64,000 bases of DNA from Planctomycetota bacterium. GTDB lineage: Bacteria > Planctomycetota > Phycisphaerae > SM23-33. The stretch lies in assembly GCA_024275995.1 (NCBI GenBank), contig JAJRYB010000019.1:2728-66727 (forward strand), given 5' to 3'. A program made the translations under genes and the position numbers. The notes under the pieces were generated by a model. The model was not told the DNA's origin. It saw nothing but the letters and a program-made list of their open reading frames with translations, and did no database searches. Shown here piece after piece: positions 61,145 to 64,000 of this stretch (its first letter is position 1; each line of letters opens with the position of its first letter).

Positions 61145-62265
61145 GAAGTAACGAAACACACACCGTGAGCGAAAATCAATCCAAGGCGACGCCGAGCGGC
61201 GACGATTTCTACCGAAGACTGTGCGAAAACGCGTCAGTCGCGCTGATCGCCACGGACGGGGAGTTTCGCATCGTATCGTGGAACGCCGCGGCCGAGCGTC
61301 TGCTGGACAGGCCCGCGGAGGAAATGCTTTCCCGCCCGCTGCGATGCGCCGTTCCCGAGAACCGGCGAAAGCTGCTGGACCGCCTTCTTACCCGCACTAC
61401 GCGGCGCGGCGTCGCCAGCCAGTTCGAGGTGCAGATCACAGGCCGCGACGGAACCATCCGCGACCTGATCATCCTGCTGTCGCCGATACCCGCGGGCGAG
61501 GGCGAAGGGCATAATTGCGGCGTGGCGGCGTGGATCGTCGACGAGACACATGCCAAGCGCCTGGCTGAGCGTCTCTCGCAGGCGGAGAAAATCGCGTCGC
61601 TCGGTACGCTTGCCGGAGGCGTGGCGCATCATTTCAATAACATCTTCGGCGGGGTGGCTACGTTCGTGGAGATCGCGCTGGACAGCGGCGATCCCGCGTC
61701 GATGAAACGGGCGCTGTCAATGACGGCGCAGGCGGCACGGCGCGCGGCGAAAATCACCGAGTCGCTGCTGCGGTTCGCCAGGTCGTCCGACCACGAAACG
61801 AACTTCAGCGATCTGACGGAGGTGGTCCTTACCTTCGCCAACCTGTCGGAACGCCCGCTTGGGGAGCGACACATCGATCTTCAGCTCGACCTTAAACCCG
61901 TTCCGGTACTCCAGGTCGAAACCAGGCGGATGCACCAGGTCCTCCGCAACCTGCTGCTTAACGCCGAGGAGGCAATGCCCAACGGGGGTGTCGTCAGGAT
62001 CGGTATGGATCGCGACGGCGGCGAGGTCGTCCTGACGTTTTCGGACACCGGGTGCGGAATAGCGCCGGAAAACCTGCCGATGATTTTCGAGCCGTTTTTC
62101 ACCACCAAGGGCGTGCACGCCGGCGGCGAGCAGATAAACCCCGGACTCGGGCTTTCGGTCGTTCACGGATACGTGCTGGAGATGGGCGGAAAGATCGACG
62201 TCGATTCCACCACGGGCGAGGGAACGACCTTCAGCATTCGCCTTCCCATCCGCAACGCCGTGTAA
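61141..62265 (+). CDS. Cytoplasmic PAS-domain sensor histidine kinase (NtrB-like)
   Basis: PAS domain (WNAAAERL), EKIASLGTLAGGVAHHFNN, NL..NA.EAM, DTGCGI, IFEPFFTTK and GLGLS. Confidence 0.94.
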   Translation: MRSNETHTVSENQSKATPSGDDFYRRLCENASVALIATDGEFRIVSWNAAAERLLDRPAEEMLSRPLRCAVPENRRKLLDRLLTRTTRRGVASQFEVQITGRDGTIRDLIILLSPIPAGEGEGHNCGVAAWIVDETHAKRLAERLSQAEKIASLGTLAGGVAHHFNNIFGGVATFVEIALDSGDPASMKRALSMTAQAARRAAKITESLLRFARSSDHETNFSDLTEVVLTFANLSERPLGERHIDLQLDLKPVPVLQVETRRMHQVLRNLLLNAEEAMPNGGVVRIGMDRDGGEVVLTFSDTGCGIAPENLPMIFEPFFTTKGVHAGGEQINPGLGLSVVHGYVLEMGGKIDVDSTTGEGTTFSIRLPIRNAV

Positions 62266-62399
62266 AGCAACTCCGGTTTTTCAAATGGGCGATAAACCTC
62301 TCGCGGCGAACTCGCAATAATCAGCGACAAATCCAACCGGCTTTGCACGGTGCGAAGAGCGGAAGGAAAGAAGGGACACACAGCGGTAAGGAGAACACC

Positions 62400-62846
62400 A
62401 TGAACAAGTTATTGTGGTTATCGTGCGCGCTGTCGGTAGTGGTTCTGGCGGTTGGCCCGTCGCAAGCCTACGCCGAGGGCGGCAGCCCGGAGAGGCTCGC
62501 AGCCAGGTGCATCGCCGCGGCGGACCAGACGGCAGACCGCCTGATCGTCGCGAACGATAATGACGCGGACAAGACCGTGCCGCGCGTAAGATACCTGGTA
62601 GCGAAGGGGCACATCCGCAAGGCGCGCAAGGAAGTCGCCAAGGCGATCGCGAGAATTACCAGGCGATCCAATATCGCCGCCGGCAAGATCCGCAAATGCT
62701 GCAATGCGTGCATCGTGAAGCTGATGAAACTGCGCAGGCCCGACCTCGCCAGGAAGGTCCGCCGTGCACGCGATCACCAGATCGGACGGGTGCGGACCTC
62801 GCAAAGGCGCACCATCGCCCGCGTAAAAGCGCCCCTGCCCGGATAA
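62400..62846 (+). CDS. Hypothetical secreted, highly basic helical protein
   Basis: AAGGAG SD, signal peptide ending SQAYA, Arg/Lys-rich with several Cys. Confidence 0.75.
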   Translation: MNKLLWLSCALSVVVLAVGPSQAYAEGGSPERLAARCIAAADQTADRLIVANDNDADKTVPRVRYLVAKGHIRKARKEVAKAIARITRRSNIAAGKIRKCCNACIVKLMKLRRPDLARKVRRARDHQIGRVRTSQRRTIARVKAPLPG

Positions 62847-62874
62847 GCGGTTCCGTTCATCCACGAAGTCAAAG

Positions 62875-62933
62875 TCGCGTGTAACCCGTCGCCGGTCGGA
62901 ATGCACATTTCGGCCGGTGACGTCTTTGCGCGA
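62875..62933 (+). terminator. Long intergenic hairpin (terminator or mRNA stabiliser)
   Basis: cgtcgccggtcggaatg / catttcggccggtgacg pair with several G-U, followed by tcttt. Confidence 0.5.
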
Positions 62934-63027
62934 GCTTACCGCAGGAAGTTTCGGATAAACCAGCCGAGCGTCGCGAACAACGAGATATAATGGTCGCAGG
63001 TGAACAGGCAAACCGGAGTTATGAAAA

Positions 63028-63552
63028 ATGCGGGTGCGAAAAACAGCGTTTACGCTGATTGAGCTGTTGGTCGTCATCGCGGTCATCGGGCTTCTGGTAG
63101 GCATGGTGATACCGTCCATCAACCAGGCCGGCGTTATCGCACGTCGCCTGCGATGCAAAACCAACCTCCATGCGGCGGGGGTTGGCTTTCGCATGTACCT
63201 CAACGAAAGCAACGAGGTCATGCCGATCGCGGCGGCGATGCCCTCTCTCGGACTGAACGACGAACCTCGCATCGTCGATGTGCTGGAAGATTATCTCTCC
63301 GATCCTGACACGCTCAAGTGCCCCTCGGACATCCGGAAGCGATACTACCTCTCCGAAGGGAGCAGCTACATGTACCACAGCATGCTCGGAGGCAGAAAAG
63401 TGGGCGATTCATTCCTTACCAAACACTGGGGCGAGGCGCAAACGCCGGTGCTGTACGACTACGAGCCGTTCCACGGACGCGCGGGAACACCTGGAGCGGC
63501 GAATTACCTTTTTGTCGACGGACACGTCGGAGACCTTGGAACGGGACAGTAA
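63028..63552 (+). CDS. Prepilin-type N-terminal cleavage/methylation protein with an H-X9-DG-like C-terminal motif
   Basis: AFTLIELLVVIAVIGLL, C..NL, CPSD and H...ANYLFVDGHV. Confidence 0.92.
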   Translation: MRVRKTAFTLIELLVVIAVIGLLVGMVIPSINQAGVIARRLRCKTNLHAAGVGFRMYLNESNEVMPIAAAMPSLGLNDEPRIVDVLEDYLSDPDTLKCPSDIRKRYYLSEGSSYMYHSMLGGRKVGDSFLTKHWGEAQTPVLYDYEPFHGRAGTPGAANYLFVDGHVGDLGTGQ

Positions 63553-63554
63553 AC

Positions 63555-64000
63555 ATGAGCAAAAAAGGCATCCTGATACTTTCGTGCAGCGTGGTGGTAA
63601 TCGCCACGGCTGCGTCCCTGGCGTACTACCTCTGGCCGGTGAATGTTCCGGACCCTCAAACGCAAAGCCCCAAAGAGATTACGGAGTATCTCTCGTCCGA
63701 CGAGTTCACCTCTCTGTCGGAAAAGAAGAAACAGGGATACTGGAAGGCGACGACGCAGCGCGTCGGTAACGATCGCGGTGCAATATTCCGCAGCAGGGAC
63801 ACGATGAGCGAGCAGCAGCGGCGGAAGCTGTTCGAAAACGTCCGCCCGATGTTCATGAAGATGATGGCCGATCGCGTGGACAGGTATTTCGCGCTGCCGC
63901 CGGAGGAGCAAGTAGCCTACCTTGACAAAATGATAGAAATGATAGACCAGATGCGGGGCCGCCGTGCGACGGTGGAGCAGCGCCGTCGCCAGGGGGAGCC
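63555..64000 (+). CDS. Membrane-anchored helical hypothetical protein, truncated by the window end
   Basis: ATG 2 nt after the prepilin gene stop. MSKKGILILSCSVVVIATAASLAYYLWP..., open to the end. Confidence 0.75.
   Translation, partial: MSKKGILILSCSVVVIATAASLAYYLWPVNVPDPQTQSPKEITEYLSSDEFTSLSEKKKQGYWKATTQRVGNDRGAIFRSRDTMSEQQRRKLFENVRPMFMKMMADRVDRYFALPPEEQVAYLDKMIEMIDQMRGRRATVEQRRRQGE

Overview
GC-rich bacterial chromosomal window, mostly housekeeping. Gene content suggests Planctomycetota, probably Phycisphaerae (inference): a TPR protein fused to two RNA polymerase alpha-CTDs, a prepilin/H-X9-DG protein, a PEP-CTERM protein, a MoxR-DUF58-BatA/vWA cluster and T-[TS]-x-P linkers. Recognisable genes are trxB, murA, kdsA-tgt-yajC, leuB, nusA-infB-DUF503-rbfA, hisG, a YebC-family gene, pyk, mnmA (interrupted by an in-frame TAG), tadA, miaA and leuS. 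Also present are a TetR-RND efflux operon with a perfect 22-bp operator palindrome, two GH130 genes, an MNT-HEPN pair, SpoIIE-type phosphatases and many secreted hypothetical proteins. I recognised no tRNA, rRNA, CRISPR array or transposase. The most unusual signals are non-coding. (1) Three short elements with terminal inverted repeats and mostly TA flanks have different ends but share an internal-loop motif. (2) A fourth, 100-bp, highly structured element sits in frame inside the 5' end of a lipoprotein gene. (3) nusA has a roughly 520-nt structured leader ending in a terminator-like hairpin, with no rimP. (4) There are strand-asymmetric heptamer and nonamer inverted-repeat elements. All calls come from reading motifs by eye, and no database search or folding program was run.
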